From an uncultured virus (IMG/VR IMGVR_UViG_3300034118_000426) (lineage: Duplodnaviria; Heunggongvirae; Uroviricota; Caudoviricetes): DNA of 61,152 bases. This document shows positions 12,547 through 21,678 of the stretch, piece after piece. Position 1 is the first letter of the stretch; every line of letters begins with the position of its first letter. The position numbers and the translations under genes were made by a program. Under the pieces are notes generated by a model, which saw nothing but the letters and a program-made list of their open reading frames with translations, made no database searches and was not told the DNA's origin. The stretch is from IMG/VR virus record IMGVR_UViG_3300034118_000426. One strand, 5' to 3'.

Positions 12547-12948
12547 TCACTGCTGAGGGCAGTTGTCAAGCCATGGAGCACAGAGTCTCATTGGAGGGGC
12601 GAGTGCTTTACACTCATCACTGTAGCATAATGTTTCGTCATTTGCTTCTTCTATATAGCGTGGTTTGTATACTTCTGCTTTTGATAAACCAGATTGTCTC
12701 CAATAATCATTGATAGCATTGGTGACATCTCTTTCTACTCTACGTTTTACTTTGTCAGGGTCTTCAGTAATAACCCTGTTAATAGAAGTTTGTGGGAAAT
12801 ATTTTCTTTGAATCTCGTCAAATAAATCCCAAAGATTGTTTTCATGGATTCCTGTACATTGTGAAAGTGCTGCGATAATAGAAGATAATACTATACTGGT
12901 TGTTATAATAGTTTTTTTAGAGGGCTTGCCAATGTGAAAGTTAAACAT
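12547..12948 (-). CDS. Membrane-anchored hypothetical protein (lysis-associated?)
   Basis: N-terminal TM; Cys-rich C-terminus CYSDECKALAPPMRLCAPW. Confidence 0.7.
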   Translation of the reverse strand: MFNFHIGKPSKKTIITTSIVLSSIIAALSQCTGIHENNLWDLFDEIQRKYFPQTSINRVITEDPDKVKRRVERDVTNAINDYWRQSGLSKAEVYKPRYIEEANDETLCYSDECKALAPPMRLCAPWLDNCPQQ

Positions 12949-12990
12949 AAAGGGGAGTTCTGCAGCACTCCCCAATATTTATTCAGTTAT

Positions 12991-13353
12991 TCAAACCCGT
13001 GAATAGCAGACGCTGGCAACGCCTTGACCTGGGTGAGCGATAGAAGAGAAAGCACCATAAGACAAGTCAAGATCTCTACCTCCAACGTAGGGACCGCGAT
13101 CATTTACACGCACAATCACTGTCTTGCCATTTCGTTGATTTGTAACCCTTAATCTAGTTCCGAAAGGAAGCCATTTGTGTGCGACTGATTTGCCATAAGC
13201 ATTGTATCTTTCGCCGTTTGCAGTCGTCTGCCCATGATATCCGTCACCAACTCCATAATGTGATGCGAGGGAACATCCGCTCGCTGCCTTTGCCTGTAGG
13301 GGTGCCAGTCCTGAAATAGCAACGGCAAGAATCGAAAGTGATTTAAGAAGCAT
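12991..13353 (-). CDS. rlpA: RlpA-like lytic transglycosylase (DPBB domain)
   Basis: ASHYG..TANGE..AHKWLPFGT..VRVNDRGPY..RDLDLS. Confidence 0.9.
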   Translation of the reverse strand: MLLKSLSILAVAISGLAPLQAKAASGCSLASHYGVGDGYHGQTTANGERYNAYGKSVAHKWLPFGTRLRVTNQRNGKTVIVRVNDRGPYVGGRDLDLSYGAFSSIAHPGQGVASVCYSRV

Positions 13354-13371
13354 TAATTTACATTGAACTCT

Positions 13372-13429
13372 ACATCCCAATAGAGAAAGCGCACTTCCCC
13401 TTTCTCAAGGGGCAATCTCCTGGGCTCTA
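13372..13429 (-). ncRNA. Candidate structured 5'-UTR element of rlpA
   Basis: CCCA/TGGG closing stem; CCCCTT-GAGA-AAGGGG hairpin; GAGAAAG/CTTTCTC pairing. Confidence 0.45.
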
Positions 13430-13548
13430 ATTTTCATTCACGTTATAATGACGAATGATCCCCAATTGTGAGGAATTCATAATATAACATTTATTTAGGA
13501 TTTTGTCAAGCCCCTCCTAAATACCAGTGGTGTCGGGAAACCGAATGT

Positions 13549-13740
13549 ATGCCAAGAGAGTGGAATACTCCAATCAGGGAGCCATGGAATGCTCCCATCC
13601 ATAATACTTTAAAAGCAATAGACAACCACACTCAAGAGTATTTCAAGAGTGGCGACATTTGGCACCTACAAAAAGCAGATCAACTCAGGCAATATCTACA
13701 CGAGTTAAAAACCTGGATACATAGGCAGGAAGGAAGATGA
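13549..13740 (+). CDS. Cyanophage-type hypothetical protein
   Basis: MPREWNTPIREPWNAPIH..LKAIDNH..LKTWI. Confidence 0.8.
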   Translation: MPREWNTPIREPWNAPIHNTLKAIDNHTQEYFKSGDIWHLQKADQLRQYLHELKTWIHRQEGR

Positions 13741-13976
13741 AACTCAATCTAAGCAAACTGATCTTTATTGTTTGTATATCAGCCGTTGGTTTTGTTGGAT
13801 TGAATTTTATTGCCTGTAACTTTATGATACCAGGATCTATTATTAGTGCTAATGTATTGGGTGGATTAAAAAATCCTCCTCCCTTGGATTGTAAAGAATC
13901 CGAGAGAAGAGGATATGAAACTTTATTGGCAATTCTAACAACAGTAATTGCTTTAAGAACTAAAGTCGAAGATTAA
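13737..13976 (+). CDS. Two-TM membrane protein (holin-like candidate)
   Basis: Hydrophobic N- and C-terminal helices; convergent with the lysozyme. Confidence 0.65.
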   Translation: MKLNLSKLIFIVCISAVGFVGLNFIACNFMIPGSIISANVLGGLKNPPPLDCKESERRGYETLLAILTTVIALRTKVED

Positions 13977-14431
13977 GAAACCCAGAGTTTACCTTCTGCT
14001 TTTCTTCTTCTGAGTAATCCTGCTTCAACTTTGCTACCAGGATTACGATACATCTCTAATGTTTTTGGGATGAGTCCCCAATTCTTCTCACGTAGATGGC
14101 GAGAGATAGTACTGAAATTATATGCACCGTAAAACCCAGCACCGAGATTATAAGCAAAGGATAAAAGTGCTCCGCGTTGGTTATCATTCATTTCACTCCA
14201 ATAAGGTATTTTAGATAGGGCAGGAATAAACTCCTTCTTAATCTGATTCATCAAGAGATCATCAGCAACCTTCTGCGAAATCTTATCACCAAGTTTAAAT
14301 GGTTTGCCGTTGAAATCTCTGGTGCTTCCCCAACCAATAGTGATGGGCAAACTACCTGTATGTGGATCTGGGTATGCTGTCAGTTTACAACCTTCAAACT
14401 CTTTGATTAACTCTACTCCCTCCACAGGCAC
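13973..14431 (-). CDS. Phage lysozyme (GH24); probably made as a -1 frameshift fusion to the upstream peptidase
   Basis: IKEFEGCKLTAYPD..TIGWG..ALLSFAYNLG..GLLRRRKAE; only a GTG start with no evident RBS. Confidence 0.9.
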   Translation of the reverse strand: MPVEGVELIKEFEGCKLTAYPDPHTGSLPITIGWGSTRDFNGKPFKLGDKISQKVADDLLMNQIKKEFIPALSKIPYWSEMNDNQRGALLSFAYNLGAGFYGAYNFSTISRHLREKNWGLIPKTLEMYRNPGSKVEAGLLRRRKAEGKLWVS

Positions 14432-14473
14432 ATCATATTTGCTCGCTGAAGGAGTAGAGTTGTCTACTTTTTT
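14409..14473 (-). other. Putative programmed -1 ribosomal frameshift signal
   Basis: A_AAA_AAG_TAG, 5-nt spacer, then 11-bp stem AACTCTACTCC/GGAGTAGAGTT; the -1 frame runs open into the lysozyme. Confidence 0.8.
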
Positions 14474-15165
14474 ACGTCAAAGATTCTCCCCCATCCATCA
14501 TTGCGATTGGGGCACCAGCGACGCATGAGATCTGTCTTCTTATATACGGCGCCCTTACCGTTGGTTACAGCGCCCGTATAACCGTCGTTAAGACTGCCGT
14601 AAGGGTCGTTAACAACATAATCACCTGTAGGGGTCTTGCCGATGATTACAACCATGTGCCCCCCAGTAGGAGCAGATAGAGGGCCGCGATGGAGAATGCC
14701 AGCAACCACGGGTCTCCCAGCAGCAAGCTCACGGTCAAGGTCATTAAAAGATAGACCATAACTAAAGTGTGACTTAATACCATAAGATGCCAAAACTTTG
14801 GTTTGAACCACATGGTCAGTTGTGTCACCGATTGAGAAAACTTTTTGAACGTAAGCATCGTCGCCTTTCGCTCCCTTGAGTGTGCCTGGCTTAAAATATT
14901 CTAACACCATAGCACAGGCAGATGAGTTACAAGTGCGATTAGCATCTCTGTAGTTATCTGTCTGTGGAAAGAAAGGCACGTCAAGTATATTTGATTTTGG
15001 TTTTTCTGGTTGTGCTCTAAATGTTTTAACCCACCCAGAAGAATCTTCCATTTCTTCTGGTGTTTTTTTATTGAGAGCATCTTCAAAATATCCAACAGCT
15101 TCTACATGCTTTGGATTCTTTTCGTCGTAATGTTTAAAAAAGTTGTGTAAATCAATCTTTGCCAT
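14464..15165 (-). CDS. C39-like cysteine peptidase (endolysin-type)
   Basis: LDVPFFPQTDN..RTCNSSACAM..GGHMVVIIG..VNDPYG. Confidence 0.85.
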   Translation of the reverse strand: MAKIDLHNFFKHYDEKNPKHVEAVGYFEDALNKKTPEEMEDSSGWVKTFRAQPEKPKSNILDVPFFPQTDNYRDANRTCNSSACAMVLEYFKPGTLKGAKGDDAYVQKVFSIGDTTDHVVQTKVLASYGIKSHFSYGLSFNDLDRELAAGRPVVAGILHRGPLSAPTGGHMVVIIGKTPTGDYVVNDPYGSLNDGYTGAVTNGKGAVYKKTDLMRRWCPNRNDGWGRIFDVKK

Positions 15166-15499
15166 CTTTGTCTCCGAATAGTTGAATGTAATACTCTGCG
15201 TCTACTACGACCAGTGGTTTTTTGCCATTCTTTTTCATGACAACAATAGGCTCATAGTCACCACAGTTGGCAGATGCTTGCTCGTAAGCATCCCAGATAT
15301 TTAGCTTCTCTACATTCTTACATTCAATGCTATGAGGAAACTTTAATCTAGCAGCACGAGCCATGATAAGGTCTTCACCACCTGCCCCCATAGAGCGTGA
15401 TTCAATATCTTCTGGATGAATATTGAGACACTCTACCAGTTTATCTCTCACCCATTGTTGCAGACGGCGACCTTTTGCTTTTGCTGATTGTGGGCGCAT
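15152..15499 (-). CDS. PD-(D/E)xK nuclease / Holliday junction resolvase-like
   Basis: SAKAKGRRLQ..GEDL..SIECKN. Confidence 0.75.
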   Translation of the reverse strand: MRPQSAKAKGRRLQQWVRDKLVECLNIHPEDIESRSMGAGGEDLIMARAARLKFPHSIECKNVEKLNIWDAYEQASANCGDYEPIVVMKKNGKKPLVVVDAEYYIQLFGDKDGKD

Positions 15500-15530
15500 A
15501 ATAAAAAACCTCCAAGATGGAGGTATTTAT

Positions 15531-15668
15531 CTATTCAGTTGAACCAGGGATCTGGAATTTTTCCATTAGAATCTTTAGTATCCACCTTTGTTGATGATTT
15601 AAATTCTCTATATTTTGTTCCTGCTCCCTGAGTTTCTTTTGAATCTTTTCTATTTTTTTCTTTCTCAC
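15531..15668 (-). CDS. Small basic coiled-coil peptide
   Basis: GTGA overlap with the nrdB stop; MRKKKIEKIQKKLREQEQ... Confidence 0.45.
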   Translation of the reverse strand: MRKKKIEKIQKKLREQEQNIENLNHQQRWILKILMEKFQIPGSTE

Positions 15669-16846
15669 AGTTTAAAACCAGCGAAAGTATCTTTCTTAAC
15701 ATCTTGTTTAATGCCTCCAATGACATAACTCTCAACCTCTGTTTCCTGTGGGGCAACTTGAAGACCCTTAGAAGATAACCAATGCTGAGTCCAAGGCAGT
15801 GGATTATTTGACATAGGAGTATCAAACACAGGCTTCAAACCAATCGCTCTCATGCGACGGTTGGCGATATACTCAACGTAAGAGTTGAGTAGTTTATCAT
15901 TCAATCCAATGATGCTACCATCCTTGAATAGATACTGTGCCCATGCTTTCTCTTCGTCAACCGTCTTTTTAAACTGCTCTACTGTCCACGCTTCTTCTTC
16001 TTTAGCGATTTGAAGAATGTCTGGGTCATCTCCATTAAGCCAGTTTTTGATAATGTTTTGCGTAAGGACAAGATGCTGGCTTTCGTCTCTGGCGATGAGA
16101 GAGATAATTTTAGCGGATCCCTCCATAAGTTTAAGTTCGCCAAAAGCGAACGAGCACGCGAACGAAACATAAAATCTAATCCCCTCTAAGATGTTAACGT
16201 TGACTACGGCACGATAGAGTTTACGCTTCAACTCATAGAGAGTCTCCTTCGCAGCAGGCACACCTTCAAGTTGATGTTGCCACTGATTACCCGACGAGTA
16301 ATCTTGTGCTGCTTGAATGAAGTCATCGTATGCTTCAGTTACACTCTTCGCCCTATCAAGGATATTCTGGTCATCAAGGATAGTATCAAATACTTCTGAT
16401 GGATCAGAATAGATATTCTTAATAATGTATGTATAAGAGCGGGAGTGAATCATCTCCATCGTTTCCCAGATAGTCATCGCTGACTCCAACTCTGGGAGAG
16501 AACAATAAGGAATAAATGCCATGCCTGGACCACGACCCTGCACAGAGTCAAGCATAATCTGATACTTCAAATTAGAAGTATAGATATGCTTCTGCTCTGG
16601 GCGAAGGGTAGCATAGTCAGCACGATCCTTCTGAAGAGAAACCTCTTCAGGTCTCCAAAAGTATCCGAGTTGCTGTTGAGTTAGTTTATCGAAGATAGGA
16701 TACTTGTAGGTATCATATCTCTGAATGCCCAAAGGAGCACCGAAGAACATCGGTTGCTTTTTAATATCAACATGTTTGGTGTTGAATACCGTCATACCTT
16801 CTACGCTAGGTGTGTTTTCGGTTAGTTTAAATCTTACAGCTGTCAC
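15665..16846 (-). CDS. nrdB: Ribonucleotide reductase class Ia beta subunit
   Basis: FWRPEEV, EMIHSRSY, LEGIRFYVSF, RDESQH, VAPQETE. Confidence 0.98.
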   Translation of the reverse strand: MTAVRFKLTENTPSVEGMTVFNTKHVDIKKQPMFFGAPLGIQRYDTYKYPIFDKLTQQQLGYFWRPEEVSLQKDRADYATLRPEQKHIYTSNLKYQIMLDSVQGRGPGMAFIPYCSLPELESAMTIWETMEMIHSRSYTYIIKNIYSDPSEVFDTILDDQNILDRAKSVTEAYDDFIQAAQDYSSGNQWQHQLEGVPAAKETLYELKRKLYRAVVNVNILEGIRFYVSFACSFAFGELKLMEGSAKIISLIARDESQHLVLTQNIIKNWLNGDDPDILQIAKEEEAWTVEQFKKTVDEEKAWAQYLFKDGSIIGLNDKLLNSYVEYIANRRMRAIGLKPVFDTPMSNNPLPWTQHWLSSKGLQVAPQETEVESYVIGGIKQDVKKDTFAGFKL

Positions 16847-19142
16847 AGTCTTCCTCCTCTTGTGCTCCTTCTAGAATTGAATTAAGTAGATTCTCTACTG
16901 ACTTTTTCTTTTCTTCATCCTCAACATCATCTTTCTTAATATCATATGTGTTCTGATAATAAGATGTCTTCCATCCATATTTGTAGGTGTTGAGGAGATC
17001 TTGTGCCATTACCGACACAGGTACTTCATTATCGGCATAATGCTCTGGATTATACGACCAGTTACCTGAGATTGCCTGATCAAAGAACTTCTGCATAACA
17101 GCAACAATATTGATATAACCAGTATTGTTAGGCATATCCCAAAGAAGCGTATAAGCATTCTTAAGAGTTTGATACTGAGGGACAATCTGCTTAAGAACCC
17201 CTTTCTTGGACTTCTTAACGGACAGGAAGGCACGGGGAGGTTCGATTCCATTTGTCTCATTTGACACAACGGAACTGCTCTCCGATGGCATCTGTGCGGA
17301 CAATGTTGAGTTCCTAAGACCGTGCTGTTTAATAGATTCCCTGAGCTTATCCCAATCATAGTGGAGAATGTTTGGTACGATTTCGTCTACGTCTTTCTTA
17401 TATGTGTCAATGGGAAGAATGCCATCAGCATATTTGGTGCGATCAAAATAACCACACTTACCTTTCTCGATAGCAAGTTGATTAGAAGCCTTTAGTAGAT
17501 AATACTGAAATGCTTCAGTCAGACCATGTACAAGATGAGCAGCAGCTTCATCAGAATACTTAACCTGATGACGAGCCAACCAGTGTGCCAGTCCGATGTA
17601 ACCAATGCCCAGCGAGCGGCGGTTGCGAGTGGATGCTTCAGCAGCAACCACAGGATACTCTTGGTAATCAATCAACTCGTCCAGCGCCCTCACAGAGAGG
17701 TCACAGAGTTCTTCTAGGTCATCAAGGTTCTTAATCTTACCTACGTTAACCGCAGAAAGAATACAGAGAGCAATCTCACCATTGATATCATCAATGTGCT
17801 GTAGAGGATTAGTGGGTAGCGTAATCTCCTGACAAAGGTTACTCATCCAAACTTTATCCTTAAAAGAAGAGTGCTCGTTACAATGATCAATATTCATAAT
17901 GTAAATACGACCAGTTTCTGCCCTCTCTTTCAGAAGTGAAAGAAATAGTTCTTGAGCGCCAATAGTTTTTCTTGGAATAGAGTCATCTCGTTCATAAACA
18001 TTGTATAGCTCGTCAAATCCAGCAAGACCAAAAGCATCAGACAAACCTGGAACGTCGTGTGGAGAGAAGAGTGAGATGTCTTCGTTACGGATGAATCGTT
18101 CATAGAAGAGTTTGCTGATTTGAATGCTGTAGTCTAACTTACGAACTCGGTTGTCTTCAGTTCCCTTATTGTTTTTTAATACAATGATGTCTTCGATTTC
18201 TTTGTGCCAGATTGGGAAGTGGACTGTCGCGCTTCCTCCTCGTATACCATTTTGCGTACAGCAACGGACAGTTGCTTCAAACTTTTTGAGAAACGGTATA
18301 ACGCCAGTGTGGCTGACTTCGCCGCCTCTAATTTTGCTGTTGAGAGCACGGATTCTACCTGCGTTGATACCGATGCCCGCCCTTTGAGCAACATAGCGAC
18401 CAATAGCCATGTCGCTACTGAAGATGCTATCAAGGGTGTCATCAGAATCAACCAGCACACAACTAGCGAACTGTCGCAGAGGCGTCCTAACTCCTGCGAG
18501 GATGGGAGTTGGCACGTTGATTTTGTGCTTGCTGATTGCGTCGTAGTATCGTTTGACATAAGATAGACGATTTACCTGAGGGTAGTTTGCAAAGATGGTT
18601 GCAGCAACCAACATATAAGCGTATTGTGGTGTCTCAAAAACACTCCCACTGCTTCTATCTTGTACCAGATATTTATCTACTACTTGACGAAGACCAGCAT
18701 AAGTGAAGAGATAGTCACGGTCATGATCAATGAAACTATTAATCTTATCCCACTCTTCATCCGTATACTTACCAGCAAGTTGCTTGTCGTAAATACCCTT
18801 AAAGATACCTTTAGTAAGATGCTCTCCTACTGTGGGAAAACCGTGCTTCCAATCATTTCCAAAGACTTGCTTATATAGACCGAACAAAAGAAGACGAGCA
18901 GCAACATACTGATAATTTGGAGTGTCAAGGTCAATGAGGTCACTAGCTGACCTAACCAGGATTTCTTGGATTTCATTGGTCGTGATACCATTATAAAATT
19001 GAATACCAGAGTTGATTTCTACTTGCGATGGGGACACTCCCGCGAGACCACCACAAGCACATTCTACCATGTTATGAATCTTATCAAGGTTAAGAGATTC
19101 TGTAGAACCGTCACGCTTTTTAACTTTGATTCCGTTGCTCAT
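16827..19142 (-). CDS. nrdA: Ribonucleotide reductase class Ia alpha subunit
   Basis: ATP-cone VKKRDG; QFASCV; SNLCQEI; KTSYY; C-terminal CDSC. Confidence 0.98.
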   Translation of the reverse strand: MSNGIKVKKRDGSTESLNLDKIHNMVECACGGLAGVSPSQVEINSGIQFYNGITTNEIQEILVRSASDLIDLDTPNYQYVAARLLLFGLYKQVFGNDWKHGFPTVGEHLTKGIFKGIYDKQLAGKYTDEEWDKINSFIDHDRDYLFTYAGLRQVVDKYLVQDRSSGSVFETPQYAYMLVAATIFANYPQVNRLSYVKRYYDAISKHKINVPTPILAGVRTPLRQFASCVLVDSDDTLDSIFSSDMAIGRYVAQRAGIGINAGRIRALNSKIRGGEVSHTGVIPFLKKFEATVRCCTQNGIRGGSATVHFPIWHKEIEDIIVLKNNKGTEDNRVRKLDYSIQISKLFYERFIRNEDISLFSPHDVPGLSDAFGLAGFDELYNVYERDDSIPRKTIGAQELFLSLLKERAETGRIYIMNIDHCNEHSSFKDKVWMSNLCQEITLPTNPLQHIDDINGEIALCILSAVNVGKIKNLDDLEELCDLSVRALDELIDYQEYPVVAAEASTRNRRSLGIGYIGLAHWLARHQVKYSDEAAAHLVHGLTEAFQYYLLKASNQLAIEKGKCGYFDRTKYADGILPIDTYKKDVDEIVPNILHYDWDKLRESIKQHGLRNSTLSAQMPSESSSVVSNETNGIEPPRAFLSVKKSKKGVLKQIVPQYQTLKNAYTLLWDMPNNTGYINIVAVMQKFFDQAISGNWSYNPEHYADNEVPVSVMAQDLLNTYKYGWKTSYYQNTYDIKKDDVEDEEKKKSVENLLNSILEGAQEEEDCDSCKI

Positions 19143-20125
19143 ATTTTCTTCCAAAGACTAAGTTTTACTTTTGCTTCTAAACCATTATAGGTGTTACATT
19201 CTACCATGGATTGTACGTCATGTCCAGCCAAGACCATATCGTTGATATCTTTTTCCTTAACTGACTCTGGCCAAATTACAATGCTCTCTCCTTTGTCAAT
19301 ACACCTTTCGTATCGTTCAACGATTTGTTTGTTTCTTGGTTCGTTGTCGTAAACAAATGTCCGACTAGGATAACGTACCCCGTCAAGTACAACATCAGCG
19401 CCACACATCGCCAGTCCATTAGACAAGAAAAGAGAGTCGAACGGACCCTCTGTAACGTAGATATTTTCATTTGTGTTTATACGATCAAGTCCAAATAGTT
19501 TAGGATATTGCTTATCCAAGATGGTAGTGATATAGCGAAGGTTTGAATTTTTGTTAAGAGACCTTGCTTGATATCCGAATACATTTCCATCTTCCGAGAT
19601 TAGTGGGAGTATAATTCTAGGTTCTTTAATTGTATTTTTATTATTCTCCCAAGCGTTAAAATTCTCTGCGTAATAGAAGTTTGAGAAATAAATCTCTGGT
19701 ATCTTTCGTGCGAGCAGATATTGTTTTGCTGGGTGTGTAGTATTTAGCGATTCGATAATTGGTAATTCGCTAAAAATATTTTTTTTAAAAACTGGAGTGG
19801 AAACAAATGGTTTAAAATCTGGAGTTTCTACCTGATAATTCTTGCCAGTCATGCCTTCCTTATAACGCTCCAACACATACTCATCATGGAGCATAGTGTT
19901 CTGGTCCTTCAGAAACTGTGAGAAGTTACGAGTGACTCCACAGTTATGACACTTATACACAAAGCTATCTCTCATCGAGAAGAGATATCCTCGTGCCTTA
20001 TTCTGCTTCTTCTCCGAGTCACCACAATAGGGACAACGGAAATTGTAAGTTCCTTTCTTTTTCTCAGTAAACTTAAGGAGTTGTGAAGAGACCAAACCAA
20101 TATACTTGGTGTCAATGTAGTTCAT
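19139..20125 (-). CDS. g61: DNA primase (gp61)
   Basis: CPYCGDS Zn finger; TEGPFDS; DNEPRN; KDINDM. Confidence 0.96.
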   Translation of the reverse strand: MNYIDTKYIGLVSSQLLKFTEKKKGTYNFRCPYCGDSEKKQNKARGYLFSMRDSFVYKCHNCGVTRNFSQFLKDQNTMLHDEYVLERYKEGMTGKNYQVETPDFKPFVSTPVFKKNIFSELPIIESLNTTHPAKQYLLARKIPEIYFSNFYYAENFNAWENNKNTIKEPRIILPLISEDGNVFGYQARSLNKNSNLRYITTILDKQYPKLFGLDRINTNENIYVTEGPFDSLFLSNGLAMCGADVVLDGVRYPSRTFVYDNEPRNKQIVERYERCIDKGESIVIWPESVKEKDINDMVLAGHDVQSMVECNTYNGLEAKVKLSLWKKI

Positions 20126-20547
20126 TATCTAGTGTAGGTTTGCTGACTACCCCCATTATAGTGCGATCCGAGCATGTTGTCAACAAAGGGAACGACCAAC
20201 CCCACAAGCAAAACAGCAGCCCCAACGAGAGCTGCTGCCTGCCATTTGAATTTTGATAACTCGTTAACATTGTTTTCAACTGTCTCTAGTCTTTTGATGA
20301 CCGAAGCATGTTCGATTGAGTTTTGGTGCTTGACATCCTCAATCATTTTGATAATGAGTTCGTCTGTCTTTATGCTTTGCTCAATACGCTCATCATGTTT
20401 TGTCAGAATGTTAGCAATACGCTGATTCGCATCAGAGATTTTATCTACTGCTGTTTCCAACTTGTCGAGCATCTCCCTTGAGAGTGATTCGTAGATGTTT
20501 AATTTAGATTCCAATACATCTAATTTCGATGAGTTTCCGTTAAACAT
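20125..20547 (-). CDS. Coiled-coil membrane-anchored hypothetical protein
   Basis: MLDKLETAV..HDERI; C-terminal TM. Confidence 0.75.
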   Translation of the reverse strand: MFNGNSSKLDVLESKLNIYESLSREMLDKLETAVDKISDANQRIANILTKHDERIEQSIKTDELIIKMIEDVKHQNSIEHASVIKRLETVENNVNELSKFKWQAAALVGAAVLLVGLVVPFVDNMLGSHYNGGSQQTYTR

Positions 20548-20560
20548 CTTTTCCTCTTTA

Positions 20561-21340
20561 TCAAACGTTACGAACGGCGAAGTCAAGTGCCTTTTGATAT
20601 GAAGATGCGCTCATGTTGAGCATTACACGGAACTTGTCTCTATTCTCTGGGGATAAACCTTCATAAGTTGCTAGAATTCTTTTGGCATCAAAGACACCAA
20701 TTCTTCCACCAGTGCCGTCTTGGAATACAAGATTAGCAAATGATGTCTCTGGATCTCTGCCATATGCCGAACCTTCTTCAGCAACCTTTAAAGCAGTGGT
20801 GAATACATCTACACCACCAGCAGAACCAGTTCTAGGTACGCTAATCATTTGATCCATCTCCGAAATAACATTACCTTGTGGATCAAAAGAATTCTTTTGA
20901 ACTACTTGCTTCTGTGCTTTTTGTTGCTTCGATGCTGCTTTTTTTCTAAAGTCTGACATACGTGCCTTAAGCAAAGTATTCATTTCATCAGACTTGTCTT
21001 GTGCTTGCTGCTTCGCTTCTCCGCGCTTCTTTTGAAGTTCTTTCTTAGCTCTCATCTGCTTGGCAGCTTTAATTTGCTTTTGAGCCTTCTCAGTTTCAGA
21101 TGTTACTTCTGAGATCATTTCCATATTTTCTTCAGACATTTTAGTTTTCCTCCTTGACATAACTCGTTGGATTAATTTTCTAGCACTTTTTTTACGACCA
21201 TCAATCTTTTCATCTTTGGTCTTTTTCAGATTTTTCTTTTTCTTTGCTGTGTTAACAAAGACAAAGGCAGGAGGAAGTGCTAGTCCAGATCCATCACCTG
21301 CCATCATTTCATTCACAGTAGTTTGAGAAGTTTCAGACAT
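20561..21340 (-). CDS. Hypothetical protein
   Basis: 259-aa ORF with a Lys-rich coiled coil. Confidence 0.75.
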   Translation of the reverse strand: MSETSQTTVNEMMAGDGSGLALPPAFVFVNTAKKKKNLKKTKDEKIDGRKKSARKLIQRVMSRRKTKMSEENMEMISEVTSETEKAQKQIKAAKQMRAKKELQKKRGEAKQQAQDKSDEMNTLLKARMSDFRKKAASKQQKAQKQVVQKNSFDPQGNVISEMDQMISVPRTGSAGGVDVFTTALKVAEEGSAYGRDPETSFANLVFQDGTGGRIGVFDAKRILATYEGLSPENRDKFRVMLNMSASSYQKALDFAVRNV

Positions 21341-21672
21341 TGTTCGTCTACATCTGTTGTGTCTACGTTTTCTGGCAATCTATCCAAGAATAACATATAT
21401 GCTTTTAAAATTGACCAGTATTGCGATTCTATTTTATAGAATAGAAGCAGCGTTGCTGCGTCATTGAATACATTATATAATGTAATTATATGATTAAGAA
21501 TTAAGTGATGTTTCAATTCACCCGTAGTTTCATAACGTCGAAGTAATCTTTTGATATATTTGAACTTTTGTAAGTCCTCTTCGAAGTCATCATATGTAAC
21601 AGATAACGGATTGTTGTAGTTTTTTATCGCAAACAACAACCAGTTATCTGGTGTCAACTCATGAAAGATCAT
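21313..21672 (-). CDS. Conserved T4-like phage hypothetical protein
   Basis: FEEDLQKFKYIKRLL..LILNHII. Confidence 0.85.
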   Translation of the reverse strand: MIFHELTPDNWLLFAIKNYNNPLSVTYDDFEEDLQKFKYIKRLLRRYETTGELKHHLILNHIITLYNVFNDAATLLLFYKIESQYWSILKAYMLFLDRLPENVDTTDVDEQCLKLLKLL

Positions 21673-21678
21673 ACATCA

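Noticed and set aside
15535..15825. 96-aa ORF overlapping the end of nrdB
   Set aside because: Mostly an alternative frame of nrdB; the coupled GTG ORF at 15531-15668 fits better
15665..19142. Introns or inteins in nrdA/nrdB (also checked g43, g41, g17)
   Set aside because: The ORFs are continuous, of ordinary length, and show no splicing motifs
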